Assembly: GCA_902385765.1 (NCBI GenBank) | Contig: CABMGU010000080.1 | Location: 1-40,533, forward strand | Direction: 5' to 3' | DNA length: 40,533 nt | DNA from: an uncultured archaeon | GTDB lineage: Archaea; Nanobdellota; Nanobdellia; Woesearchaeales; ARS49 | Shown: positions 14,499 through 23,547 of the stretch, one piece after another | How positions within the stretch are numbered: the first letter of the stretch is position 1 | Layout: each line of letters starts with the position of its first letter | Notes under the pieces: generated by a model | The model's database searches: none | What the model saw: only the letters and a program-made list of their open reading frames with translations | Told to the model about the DNA's origin: nothing | Translations under genes and position numbers: made by a program

Positions 14499-15020
14499 AT
14501 GAATGAGATTCCGAACATATTGGAGCCGAAGGAGAAAGTGGTTTATGACGGCAAGCCCGAGTTTGCTCCTTATATCACCAGTACCATTTTCGGAAGTATC
14601 GTGGCAGGTGCTGTGATTGGAATCGTTATTGGCGCGCTTCTCAAATCCGTTATTGTGGGCAGCGCAGCAGGAATTGTTATTCTTGTTTTGGGAATCGTTT
14701 TGGCGAATATGTCTTATACGCGCACTCATTATGCTATTACAAACAAGAGAGCCATCATTCAGTCAGGCATTATCGGTAGAGATTTCAAGTCTGTTGATTA
14801 TGATAGGATGCAGAATGTTTCTGTTGATGTTGGCATTTTGGGGGTTATTTTCAAGGTTGGCACCATCAAGATTTTTACTGGAGAGATTGAAACGATTAAT
14901 ACAGGAAAGACTTCTTCTATGCAGTCAAAGTATGACAAATTCCATTATGTTAGTTCTCCTTACGAGGTTTTGAAGAAATTGCAGACTGAGTTGTCTAAGA
15001 GAAAAGAAGCTTTGGCTTGA
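14499..15020 (+). CDS. membrane protein with bacterial PH-like (bPH_2/YdbS-YdbT type) domain
   Basis: Two hydrophobic helices are followed by YAITNKRAIIQSGIIGRDFKSVDYDRMQNVSVDVGILGVIFKVGTIKI. Confidence 0.7.
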   Translation: MNEIPNILEPKEKVVYDGKPEFAPYITSTIFGSIVAGAVIGIVIGALLKSVIVGSAAGIVILVLGIVLANMSYTRTHYAITNKRAIIQSGIIGRDFKSVDYDRMQNVSVDVGILGVIFKVGTIKIFTGEIETINTGKTSSMQSKYDKFHYVSSPYEVLKKLQTELSKRKEALA

Positions 15021-15070
15021 GTGGGGTTTTCTTGGTTTCTACATTTATTTGATAAGAAGATAATAAAAAA

Positions 15071-15370
15071 TTAAACTTTTCCGATTTTTTGTGAACAAAA
15101 CCAGTCTGATCGCCAGATGTCGCTCATTCGGCGTTTGATTTCGGCTAATGCTTCAGCCACTTGTCGGGCATCGTCTGCACTCATGACTTGTTTTTTGCAT
15201 TCATACCATTTTTGAACGTCTTGAAGAGTTTTTAGAGCTCCGTCAAAGTCTGGTTTTGGCATTATTAACCTGCGCGGTTCTTTTATAAAAGTGTAATCAG
15301 CAGAAAGTATCTTTATGATTCGGTCGCCGGAATCACACCCGCCGATATTACTATCATACGCGTCTTTCAT
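15071..15370 (-). CDS. hypothetical protein
   Basis: 99-aa ATG ORF lying 13 nt downstream of tfb on the same strand. Confidence 0.5.
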   Translation of the reverse strand: MKDAYDSNIGGCDSGDRIIKILSADYTFIKEPRRLIMPKPDFDGALKTLQDVQKWYECKKQVMSADDARQVAEALAEIKRRMSDIWRSDWFCSQKIGKV

Positions 15371-15383
15371 TTTCTTTTCTCCA

Positions 15384-16307
15384 TCATCGCTTTCTTTTCT
15401 TCTGTTTCTTGAGTTCTTTCTCGAGTTCCAGTTTGTCTAGAAGTTCTTTGTAACGATTTCGGATTGTGACTTCAGTAACACCAGCCACATCAGCTACTTC
15501 TCTCTGTGTTCTTTTCTCGCCGTGCATTAATGCAGCAACGTAGAGCGCTGCAGCAGCTATTCCTGTTGGTCCTCTTCCTGATGTCAGCTCTGCGTGTTGT
15601 GCTTCCTCAAGGATTTCTACTGCTTTTGACTGCGTTTCTGCTGTCAACTTCAATGAGCTTGCGAATCTTGCTATGTAGTCTGCAGGATTGCTCGGCAATA
15701 TTGTGATTCCTAATTCTCTTGTTACGAACCTGTATGTTCTTCCTATTTCTTTTTTCTCGATTCCGGAAGCTTCAGAGAGTTCATCGAGTGTTCTTGGGAC
15801 TTCGTGGCGTCTGCACGCAGCATATAAAGCGCCGGAAACAACTGATTCCATTGATCTGCCTCTTACAAGTCCTTTCTGGACTGCTTGTGTGTATATCATT
15901 GCTGCTTCTTCTTCTACCATTTTTGGCAGTTTCAGGAAGCTTGATACTCTTTTGAGTTCAGCAAGCGCGAGTTTCAAATTTCTTTCTATTGCTGTTGAAA
16001 TTCTGTATTGCCATTTTCTTAATCTGAAGAATTTGTTTCTGTCCTTGCTTCCGAGCTGGAACAGGTCTGCTTTTTGCCCGACTTCTGTTCCGAGTCCCTG
16101 GTCGTACTGTGTGTACGTCATTGGCGCTCCTGTTCTTCGCAAACTCTCTCTTCCGCTGTCTTCTTCGTGTTCGCGCCATTCAGGGCCTGATTCTACCATC
16201 TTGTCTTCTATGACGAGTCCGCAGTCTTTGCAGATAATTTCCCCTTTATCACGGTTTACAAATAGGTTTATGCTTCCGCACTCTGTACACTTTTTGACGT
16301 AGTACAT
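15384..16307 (-). CDS. tfb: transcription initiation factor IIB (TFB)
   Basis: Zinc ribbon CTECGS...CKDCG, B-linker and two cyclin-like repeats. ATG is at 16307, preceded by aggtgggtgaa (SD-like); track start 16316 is GTG. Confidence 0.95.
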   Translation of the reverse strand: MYYVKKCTECGSINLFVNRDKGEIICKDCGLVIEDKMVESGPEWREHEEDSGRESLRRTGAPMTYTQYDQGLGTEVGQKADLFQLGSKDRNKFFRLRKWQYRISTAIERNLKLALAELKRVSSFLKLPKMVEEEAAMIYTQAVQKGLVRGRSMESVVSGALYAACRRHEVPRTLDELSEASGIEKKEIGRTYRFVTRELGITILPSNPADYIARFASSLKLTAETQSKAVEILEEAQHAELTSGRGPTGIAAAALYVAALMHGEKRTQREVADVAGVTEVTIRNRYKELLDKLELEKELKKQKKRKR

Positions 16308-16427
16308 TTCACCCACCTAAAGCCGCCATCCCCTCGTCGGAGAAAGCCAAAGTATATTTTCCACCACAATTAATTTTATATACTAGTGTTAGAAGTCATA
16401 TATAAAGCTTTCGGTTGTTTCAGTCGA

Positions 16428-16913
16428 TTAAACTGCTTGGCTTATGTCTCTTTCGTAGCTCTTTCCTTTGCAGGCTTCGTATGCTGTTTTTCCTACGCCT
16501 ACAAAGTATGTTGTGGTTATTTCTGATTGCGGCTGTACGTTTTCGCAGTAGTATTGGCATACGCATTCATTGTTGAATGTGGGGCAGTATGTTTGGACTT
16601 CTTCTGCATAATCTTCATTTCCTATTCTTGACCCGCTGATTGTGAATGATACTGGAGAGCTTGACATTCTGCCTCCTCTTTGTTGTGTTTGTTTTTCGCA
16701 GCAGCAGTATTCAACTTTTGACTGCACTACTTTTAGTGCTGCGCATTCTTCTGATGATAATCCTGCTTCTATGCAGGCAAGTGAGCGTGTTCCTGCCACG
16801 CTCATTCCTATTTTTCCTGTATAGATTAGATAGAATAATACTAGTGAGAGAGCAAATACTATGATGAATGCCGGCATGGCATATTTCTCATAGTTTATGG
16901 ATTTTCTGCGCAT
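16428..16913 (-). CDS. N-anchored Cys-rich small protein (CCC motif)
   Basis: ATG at 16913 (MRRKSINYEKYAMPAFIIVFALSLVLFYLIY...). Contains VEYCCCEKQ and CPTFNNECVCQYYCENV. Confidence 0.55.
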   Translation of the reverse strand: MRRKSINYEKYAMPAFIIVFALSLVLFYLIYTGKIGMSVAGTRSLACIEAGLSSEECAALKVVQSKVEYCCCEKQTQQRGGRMSSSPVSFTISGSRIGNEDYAEEVQTYCPTFNNECVCQYYCENVQPQSEITTTYFVGVGKTAYEACKGKSYERDISQAV

Positions 16914-17176
16914 GACCCCACCTGCGAGAAAATTTTTCCTTGGCCCGCGTAATTGTATTCGCATGCTGACTGGCAGTCAGGTGCTGTTCTGCTCGCAAAT
17001 GTCTGCAGTTGTGAGCGTACCAGTACTTGCATTCCGTTTTGTGCAAGTATGTTGCAGCAGCAGGTCATATAGGGCTGTACAGCAGCTCCTGAGCTTCCTG
17101 ATGTTACAACGAAATAAGCTGTAATAGAAATAGCAGCTATTATCAATATTCCGATTATTGCTTTTGTTTCTTCCAT
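16895..17176 (-). CDS. N-anchored Cys-rich small protein (CCC motif)
   Basis: 93 aa with an N-terminal hydrophobic helix. Contains YMTCCCNIL and DCQSACEYNY. It overlaps the next gene by 19 nt. Confidence 0.55.
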   Translation of the reverse strand: MEETKAIIGILIIAAISITAYFVVTSGSSGAAVQPYMTCCCNILAQNGMQVLVRSQLQTFASRTAPDCQSACEYNYAGQGKIFSQVGSCAENP

Positions 17177-17198
17177 ATATTGCTTCTATAACCGTTAT

Positions 17199-17208
17199 CT
17201 ATATAATT
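17199..17208. promoter_or_regulatory. shared TATA element between divergent leaderless genes
   Basis: ctatataatt is centred about 28 nt from the minus-strand ATG 17176 and about 29 nt from the plus-strand ATG 17233. Confidence 0.4.
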
Positions 17209-17232
17209 TGTATGTCCTTACAGTACGTTTGT

Positions 17233-17364
17233 ATGGAGCTTTTTGACGTTTTGGTGTGTCCTGATGACCGCACTAAATTAATATGCATGATTAACGCCCT
17301 GCATTGCCCCAAGTGCAAAAAGGTATATGAAATTAAAGAAAATATTCCTGTTTTAATTTCCTGA
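17233..17364 (+). CDS. trm112: Trm112-family small zinc-knuckle protein
   Basis: MELFDVLVCPDDRTKLICMINALHCPKCKKVYEIKENIPVLIS matches the L.CP......L.C..C...Y.I..GIP.L pattern. The track start upstream is not ATG. Confidence 0.7.
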   Translation: MELFDVLVCPDDRTKLICMINALHCPKCKKVYEIKENIPVLIS

Positions 17365-17796
17365 GCTGTCCGTGTAATTGCCTGGCAGGTTTATTACGTC
17401 TCCGCTTGAACTGTGGTATTTTGCTCCTGTGTCTCTTATTACTTTGTCCACTGTTGGCACGAATCCTGCCTGCCTCATCATTGCCGTGGTTCTTTCTGCA
17501 AGTGCGTCCTTTCCTGTTGCTGTTGTGTTTATCTGCGGGTATAGGTTTCCTGTTTTAGGTCCTGTTGCAGGTATTGCTTCTGTTCCTGTTGTTTGGATTT
17601 CTTTTAGCATTTCTGCTGCTGTTTTTCCTGTTTCAACTGTTGCTGGAGCTGTTGTTGGCACTCCTGCCACTGCTCCTGTTGGTCCTGATAGTTTTGGCGC
17701 CGTGTCTGGTATTGCAACTCTTTTTCCTGTGGTTTTTGAACCGCAGGCAACCAGTAGCATTAGAATCATGACCGCAATTATCAGTTCTTTTTTCAT
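17353..17796 (-). CDS. lipoprotein-like secreted protein, Thr/Gly/Ala-rich
   Basis: MKKELIIAVMILMLLVAC|GS contains a lipobox-like sequence. A TATA-like ctttaaatac lies about 27 nt upstream. Confidence 0.65.
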   Translation of the reverse strand: MKKELIIAVMILMLLVACGSKTTGKRVAIPDTAPKLSGPTGAVAGVPTTAPATVETGKTAAEMLKEIQTTGTEAIPATGPKTGNLYPQINTTATGKDALAERTTAMMRQAGFVPTVDKVIRDTGAKYHSSSGDVINLPGNYTDSSGN

Positions 17797-17849
17797 ACGG
17801 CGTTTACTGTCGCGGTAGTATTTAAAGATTTTGGGTTTTGAGTAGATGT

Positions 17850-19487
17850 TTATGAGCGCCTGGATTTTGGCTTTTTGCTTAGTTTTCTCACTGCTTTTTT
17901 CAGATTTTCGGTTTTCTTGAGTATTTCCTGCACTTCATCCATGTTGATTACAGGCTCTTCAGGCTTTGATGTTTTCCCGTTTTTTAATTGTGAGAACATT
18001 GCCTTGAAGATGAGCAGCAATATTACTCCGAGCGCTATCAGCATTGCAACTAATGAGGACGTGTCGCAGGTCATTTTGTTTAGTAATATCACGGCAAGCA
18101 CTGCTATGACCAGCACCCAGGTCATGAATTCCTTTGACCGCTTTCTCGAGAAATAATCTCCTATGTTTCTGAATATCGTATGGATTAACAGCAGTGCTAT
18201 AAGCATTATCGTGAGCAAATAAGTGGCGAAGCATACATAGCCCATCGGTTCGCTTTGTTTGAATATTGCATATATTTTATCGAATACTGCCGGCATTCTT
18301 TGTACCGGCGCTGGTGTTTGTCTTGACACTGCCGGAGTTTTTCTTGGACTGGCCGGAGGTGATTTTATCGGTCCTGTTTCGTTTGTTTTGTTTACTTCAG
18401 GTGGTACGAATATCAGTCCTCTGCCTCCGCTTCCTCCTCCTTTTCCTGGTCCGGCGCCATATGCTATTATCATGTCCGATTGATTTTGTGCTGTGTTTCC
18501 GTTGATGTCGTATGCTGTTGCGTATATGTCGTCGTGTCCTAATTCTGTTGTGTTTGTGAACAGAACTTCCCACAGTCCGGATGTTGCGTTGAATGTGGTG
18601 TTTAATTGGTAGACTGTTGGTCCTCTGGTGACGTTTATGAGCACCTGTGTTATTATTCCTGTTGCATTGGCTTGTATCAGTACAGGAGTGCCCGGCACGA
18701 ACTTTTGTCCTGTTGGGTAGACAATCGTGACTGTTGGGAAGAATATTCCAGGGTCGTCTATGTTATTGATGGTGATTATGTATGTCCCATTTGGTCTGTC
18801 GAGTGTTACTGGGTTGTCGAATGTGGTGATTTCTGAGTCAACAACGTCATACGAGGAGTTTCTTACGCCTACAATGATGGGTTTTTTGTTGTGGTAGTCA
18901 ATTGCGTATGTGTTGTTGTTCTGGTCAAGCGGGTATCTTACGTTTATCGTCAAATTAGTTGGTGTTGAATTTACAGGGTCTATTGTGAAGTTTCCTTTTA
19001 AGAAACCCGTGGCGTTTGTTAAGTTGTAAAATGCTACGCCAGTCATGTTTGAGTTGTTTGACACGCCAAAGTCTATTATCGCAGGATAGAATGATGTGAA
19101 CAGGCTAAAATCAGCGTCTACAACTGCGCATCCTGCGTTTATTTTTGATGCGACCATTTGCACTGGCTGGACTCCTATGCTCAGGTTGTTGGCTCCTACA
19201 AGTATGTACAGTGACAGGTAATTGTTCAGTAAATCATTCGAAGGGTCTCCTGAGCACAGTTCTGCGTAGACGTTGTCATTTGTTACTGAGTTGTCGACGT
19301 ATGCGGTTGAATAATTGTCCAGGAATACTTTTGCGGTTGTCCCGTTTGGAAAGACGAGTCTTCCTGATGTGATTGCGTTGAATCCGAAAGCTCCTGTTAT
19401 CTCATTTGAACGCAGGACAAATACTGCAGCTATCGCTATTGCGAGCGCGATGACTGCAATTATGTGCTGTTTTCCTATTTGAGCCAC
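17850..19487 (-). CDS. surface/membrane protein, sequon-rich, with C-terminal multi-TM region and Lys-rich tail
   Basis: 545 aa with a GTG start that overlaps the upstream gene by 13 nt. It has an N-terminal hydrophobic helix, many N-x-S/T sequons, and three C-terminal hydrophobic helices. Confidence 0.7.
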   Translation of the reverse strand: MAQIGKQHIIAVIALAIAIAAVFVLRSNEITGAFGFNAITSGRLVFPNGTTAKVFLDNYSTAYVDNSVTNDNVYAELCSGDPSNDLLNNYLSLYILVGANNLSIGVQPVQMVASKINAGCAVVDADFSLFTSFYPAIIDFGVSNNSNMTGVAFYNLTNATGFLKGNFTIDPVNSTPTNLTINVRYPLDQNNNTYAIDYHNKKPIIVGVRNSSYDVVDSEITTFDNPVTLDRPNGTYIITINNIDDPGIFFPTVTIVYPTGQKFVPGTPVLIQANATGIITQVLINVTRGPTVYQLNTTFNATSGLWEVLFTNTTELGHDDIYATAYDINGNTAQNQSDMIIAYGAGPGKGGGSGGRGLIFVPPEVNKTNETGPIKSPPASPRKTPAVSRQTPAPVQRMPAVFDKIYAIFKQSEPMGYVCFATYLLTIMLIALLLIHTIFRNIGDYFSRKRSKEFMTWVLVIAVLAVILLNKMTCDTSSLVAMLIALGVILLLIFKAMFSQLKNGKTSKPEEPVINMDEVQEILKKTENLKKAVRKLSKKPKSRRS

Positions 19488-21184
19488 CTCACTGCTGTTG
19501 CGAGTGACCTGTATGCGAGGTCAAGTGCTTCTTTTACGAGCAGGTTTTGGTTTATTACGGTCTTGCTGTTTTCTTCTGTGGCGTTGGGGCTTCTTGGCGT
19601 CATGTTTACGAGCACGAAGCTGAAATTGCTTTGTTTTGAGTTGTTGAAGTACATTTGCAGTTCTGCCCCTGTTGTTATGTTGTATATTTTGAAGTAGATT
19701 GAGTGGTTGCCCACGTATGATGACAAATTCAGGTAAGAGTATTCCGGCTCATATAGTTTTGTTCCTGTTGGCACGACTGCGAATGTTATGTATCCTGTGT
19801 TGTCTGTTGTGACGACTGATGTTGATTTTGCTATGACTCCGCTTTTTCCTGTGTTCAAAGTGTACAGCTGTGTCGGCGAGAATATGCTCATTCCGTTTTC
19901 TTCTGTGAGCCTGAGCTCTACCGGCGGTGTGAGCCCGTCGCTGTCTACCATGTAAACTGTCAAATTGTATGGTTCTCCCGCGTCAGGGAAAATGTTTGTC
20001 TCTACTCCATCTATCCATACTTTCGGTATGTAGACAAGTTCTGTTGAGAATGTTCCTGTGCCGTTGTCGTTTCCGTCGTCGCAGTCTGCTATTCCTGCTT
20101 CAACGTCCAATGGGTGTCCGATGATTGTTGTTGTTCCTGAAGGTATTCCTGTTGTGTTCCAGAGGCAGGTTGATGTGTATTTTGATGCTCCTGCCGCCAA
20201 TGGCGCTGTCAGCGTGACGTTGCATAAGTTTGTTGCTCCTACGAACATCTGGACATCGAAATTGGTTGTTATGTCTACTGTGTTGGTGTTTGTCACGAAT
20301 GCTGACAGGTTGACTATTGTGCCTTTTGGTGCGACGCTCGGGACTACTGAGACATAAGATACATCCGCGTCTGGTCCGATGCAGTACGGGACTCCGAATC
20401 CGTTTATGACTGAGTATCTTGTGAAGTTCACGCTGTCTGACGGTCCTATGATTCCTGTGAATACGCTTACTCCTCCTGCGTCAACGCTTGTTCGTACTGC
20501 TCCGCTGCAGTTTGCTCCCTGGTCGTCTGTGCACGAGCCTACGAGCAGTTTTGTGCTTGCTGTCTGGCTGACTAAAGGGTTTGTTGCTGTTGCATCTATT
20601 GTGACGTTTCCCGTGGCCGGGTTATAGGTTGACTGCACGTCATTTCTTGAGTACCCGTATGGGAGGTAGCCGTTTGTTGATGGGACTGCTACGACGGTGT
20701 CGTTTGCGTCAATAATTTCGCCGTCGTCTCCGTCTTCGTCGATTCCAACGAATATTTTTGCAGGGTACGGGCTTCTTCCCGCATAGAATTCGAAGTTGGC
20801 GTCAGCGCAGAATTTTCCTGCATACGCGAACGGCGCTCCGAATGAAACGTATCGTGCAACTGTGTCTCCTCCGAGTATGTCGTAGATGAATATCGTGGCG
20901 TTGTTTGGCGCCATCACGTAGAATGCTGCTGCTGCTTTTCCTGCAAGGTCTGCTGCAAGGTCTGCGCACACTCTTAGTTTTGTGTCAGGCGTTATTCCAA
21001 CGTTGTCTTTGTATCCGCCTCCTTTATCATAATAATACACGTTTTGTGTTACGTTGTTGTCAACTCTTACTATTGATGCGTTTATGTATCCTGCTTGAAC
21101 GCTGAAGGAGAGAGCTATCGCTAGGACTGATGCAATGCAGACTGCAAGCAATAATCTTTTGTATGCAGTCTGCGGTTTTTTCAT
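19475..21184 (-). CDS. secreted surface protein with CARDB-like Ig-fold segment
   Basis: ATG at 21184 is preceded by taaaggaggc (a strong SD). Signal-like KRLLLAVCIASVLAIALSFSVQA. The segment VSVVPSVAPKGTIVNLSAFVTNTNTVDITTNFDVQMFVG...LAAGASK looks CARDB-like. Confidence 0.7.
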   Translation of the reverse strand: MKKPQTAYKRLLLAVCIASVLAIALSFSVQAGYINASIVRVDNNVTQNVYYYDKGGGYKDNVGITPDTKLRVCADLAADLAGKAAAAFYVMAPNNATIFIYDILGGDTVARYVSFGAPFAYAGKFCADANFEFYAGRSPYPAKIFVGIDEDGDDGEIIDANDTVVAVPSTNGYLPYGYSRNDVQSTYNPATGNVTIDATATNPLVSQTASTKLLVGSCTDDQGANCSGAVRTSVDAGGVSVFTGIIGPSDSVNFTRYSVINGFGVPYCIGPDADVSYVSVVPSVAPKGTIVNLSAFVTNTNTVDITTNFDVQMFVGATNLCNVTLTAPLAAGASKYTSTCLWNTTGIPSGTTTIIGHPLDVEAGIADCDDGNDNGTGTFSTELVYIPKVWIDGVETNIFPDAGEPYNLTVYMVDSDGLTPPVELRLTEENGMSIFSPTQLYTLNTGKSGVIAKSTSVVTTDNTGYITFAVVPTGTKLYEPEYSYLNLSSYVGNHSIYFKIYNITTGAELQMYFNNSKQSNFSFVLVNMTPRSPNATEENSKTVINQNLLVKEALDLAYRSLATAVRWLK

Positions 21185-21197
21185 TCTTTTGCCTCCT

Positions 21198-22370
21198 TTA
21201 TTGTATGTATTTTGTGACGCGGTCATATAATACCAGCACTTTTTCGCTGAATCCTTCCACTTCTCCTTTGTTGTAGACTATTTGCACAGGTGCTGGTGGT
21301 GGAAGGTCTCTGTCGACATTGAACACTTTTGTGAATACAGCTGTGCCGTTTGGCAGTGTTGCCTGTATTGTTACTGAGTAGTTTCCGATTGCCTGCTCTA
21401 CTTGAATGTCAGGGAATCCTGATGTCGGTACAATCGTGAACAGCACGTTGCCGTTGCTGTCTGTGTATGTTGTGCCCAGGATGTAGTTTGATACGTTTGT
21501 TGTTGCGCCTGTTGCAGTGTATTGTATTAATGCCCAGTGCAGCAGTCCTGATACTTCCTGCAATTCAACCGTTGCATTTGGTATTCCTGCCAGTGTTGTG
21601 CTGTTTTTTACTGTGATATTGAATCCTGTTGGCTGTCCGGAGGACAGGTTCACGTTTGCTCCTACAGATGTGCCGTTGCTGTAAATTATTATGTCGTGGT
21701 TTATTCCTGCTGTGTTCGTGCCGATTCTTGAGCGTGATATCCTGTCGAATACTGTGAGGATTCTTTCGTTTGTTCCTTCAACGTTTGGCTTGTTTACTGT
21801 TATGTTTCCTCTTGGGAATGCTGGTGGGGGCGCCCTGTTTATTACTGTGAATGTTTTTGTGCCTTTTACTACTCCTGCTACAACTGCGTAAAAGTTGATT
21901 GTGTAATTGAATGGCGCTCCGTATGATGGTTCTCCTCCTGTTGGAACGTGCGTGTACGAGATGTTTCCTCCTGGTCCTGTTCTGACTGTTGAGTATACGC
22001 AGTTAGTGACGTTTGACTGTATTGACTGTATTAGTGCGAATGGCGCTATGCCGTTGCATTCTTCTCCGATGATTTCAACTCCTGGCGCTGGTGCGTTGTT
22101 TATTCTTACTATTGCTGTGACGTTGTATGTCTCTCCTGCGTTTGTCATATTGTATGTTTCTACGCCGTCTATTAGTATGATAAACTCGAATGCTCCTTCG
22201 AAATTTATTACTCCGTACCCGTATTGGGTGTCGTGCATTCCTGTGAGGTTTTGTTCTTTTGGTGATGTTAGATAGAGAGCTCCGCCTACTGCTAACGCTA
22301 TTATAATCGCTATTACAGCCTGTCGTTTAGCCGTGACTCTACTTTTAGTCACGTGTTTGTGTTTCTTCAT
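21198..22370 (-). CDS. secreted surface protein (shares a domain with 19475-21184)
   Basis: ATG at 22370 (22373 is GTG). N-terminal helix AVIAIIIALAVGGALYL. IDGVETYNMTNAGETYNVTAIV parallels IDGVETNIFPDAGEPYNLTVYM in the next gene. Confidence 0.7.
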   Translation of the reverse strand: MKKHKHVTKSRVTAKRQAVIAIIIALAVGGALYLTSPKEQNLTGMHDTQYGYGVINFEGAFEFIILIDGVETYNMTNAGETYNVTAIVRINNAPAPGVEIIGEECNGIAPFALIQSIQSNVTNCVYSTVRTGPGGNISYTHVPTGGEPSYGAPFNYTINFYAVVAGVVKGTKTFTVINRAPPPAFPRGNITVNKPNVEGTNERILTVFDRISRSRIGTNTAGINHDIIIYSNGTSVGANVNLSSGQPTGFNITVKNSTTLAGIPNATVELQEVSGLLHWALIQYTATGATTNVSNYILGTTYTDSNGNVLFTIVPTSGFPDIQVEQAIGNYSVTIQATLPNGTAVFTKVFNVDRDLPPPAPVQIVYNKGEVEGFSEKVLVLYDRVTKYIQ

Positions 22371-22438
22371 CACGTCTTTTCGCGTATGCTATTGTGACGC
22401 AACTGCTATTAAAAAGATTTCGCTTTTTTATATATGAA

Positions 22439-22768
22439 TTATATCTCTACGAGAACGTGGCTCTTATCTTCAGGTCTGATGCGTACTTTGCCGCCTTTTT
22501 TTAGCTTTAGGAATTCAGCTAATGGCTTGTGAATGCGGACTATAAGGCTGTCTCCTGCTTGCCCTATTGTGGTTTCTGCTTCCAGCCCCCACAGGCCTTT
22601 TTGTTTTGCCACAACGTCAATTTCTTCAGATGCCTTTTCATCAAAGAACTTTTCGTGGCAGATATTGCAGATTTCTGCATCAAACATTCCAAGAGGCACG
22701 CCGTATAAAGAGAATTCTGTTTTTTGCTTCTTAAGCATTCCTTTCCCGCATAAATAACATTTTGTCAT
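22439..22768 (-). CDS. antitoxin-like protein: YgiT/MqsA-type zinc finger fused to AbrB/SpoVT-like domain
   Basis: CYLCGKG...CNICHEKFF forms the zinc finger. The C-terminal DSLIVRIHKPLAEFLKLKKGGKVRIRPEDKSHVLVEI looks like a swapped-hairpin domain. It has a 1-nt overlap with the upstream toxin-like ORF. Confidence 0.65.
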   Translation of the reverse strand: MTKCYLCGKGMLKKQKTEFSLYGVPLGMFDAEICNICHEKFFDEKASEEIDVVAKQKGLWGLEAETTIGQAGDSLIVRIHKPLAEFLKLKKGGKVRIRPEDKSHVLVEI

Positions 22769-22962
22769 TATCTCACTTTTACGGTTTTTATTATGTATTT
22801 GCCGCCGCGCACCGTGTATGCGACTTCCAGGTACGCATAGACAGCCAAAAAGCCGTCGGTTTGCCTTACTGTTGCTCCTTGTTTGATTGCGCGTTTTATT
22901 TGTTCGCAGGTAATGGCTTTTTCTGCCATTCGTATTTTTGCGTGTTCCGTGAGAATGATCAC
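22768..22962 (-). CDS. DUF4258-like small toxin-like protein
   Basis: IILTEHAKIRMAEKAITCEQIKRAIKQG...YIIKTVKV fits the HA..RM..R.I pattern. The GTG start is preceded by aaggaggg, with tttatatat further upstream. Confidence 0.6.
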   Translation of the reverse strand: MIILTEHAKIRMAEKAITCEQIKRAIKQGATVRQTDGFLAVYAYLEVAYTVRGGKYIIKTVKVR

Positions 22963-23086
22963 CGCATTCTCCCTCCTTGATAATTATGCATAATCATATA
23001 TAAACCTTTCCTTCGTTTGGAAAAGAATCCTGCATTTATATATCTTTTTGTGACGTTTGTAAACTTTTCACAAAAAACTGAAAGAA

Positions 23087-23539
23087 TTACGCCGTCTTTT
23101 TTCTCATCAGCAAATAACTTGTTCCCAATAGTGCGATTATTGCGAGTATTGTCTGCCACCAGGGGAATTTGGTCTTGTTCTGTATTTGTATCACTTGTAC
23201 TGTTGGCTCCTGCATCGGGTATGCGATTTGGCGCACTTGTGCTTCAGGATAAGCGTATTGTGTTTCTTGCCGTATTGGGCTTTCTTGTTGTATTTCAGGT
23301 TGTTGTATCGGCTGTCTATCGTATTGTGCGTCTCTGTAGTATCTGCCTCCTGACCCTCCTCCGCCCGCTGGTGTTGGAGTCGGTGTTGGCTGGGGGCTTG
23401 GTATGAATCTTATTGTTGCAACTCCTTGCTGCGTGTTATAGCCCGTATAGTCCGGTTCTTTTGGCAGCGAGAGAAAGTACATTGTTGCAATTAGGACTGT
23501 AAACAAAAGTAGTATGAATGCTGTTTTGTTGTGCGTCAC
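23087..23539 (-). CDS. bitopic protein with Pro/Thr and Gln-rich middle and C-terminal helix plus basic tail
   Basis: GTG start. N-terminal helix AFILLLFTVLIATMYFL. Ends KFPWWQTILAIIALLGTSYLLMRKKTA. Confidence 0.6.
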   Translation of the reverse strand: MTHNKTAFILLLFTVLIATMYFLSLPKEPDYTGYNTQQGVATIRFIPSPQPTPTPTPAGGGGSGGRYYRDAQYDRQPIQQPEIQQESPIRQETQYAYPEAQVRQIAYPMQEPTVQVIQIQNKTKFPWWQTILAIIALLGTSYLLMRKKTA

Positions 23540-23547
23540 GTCTTTTT

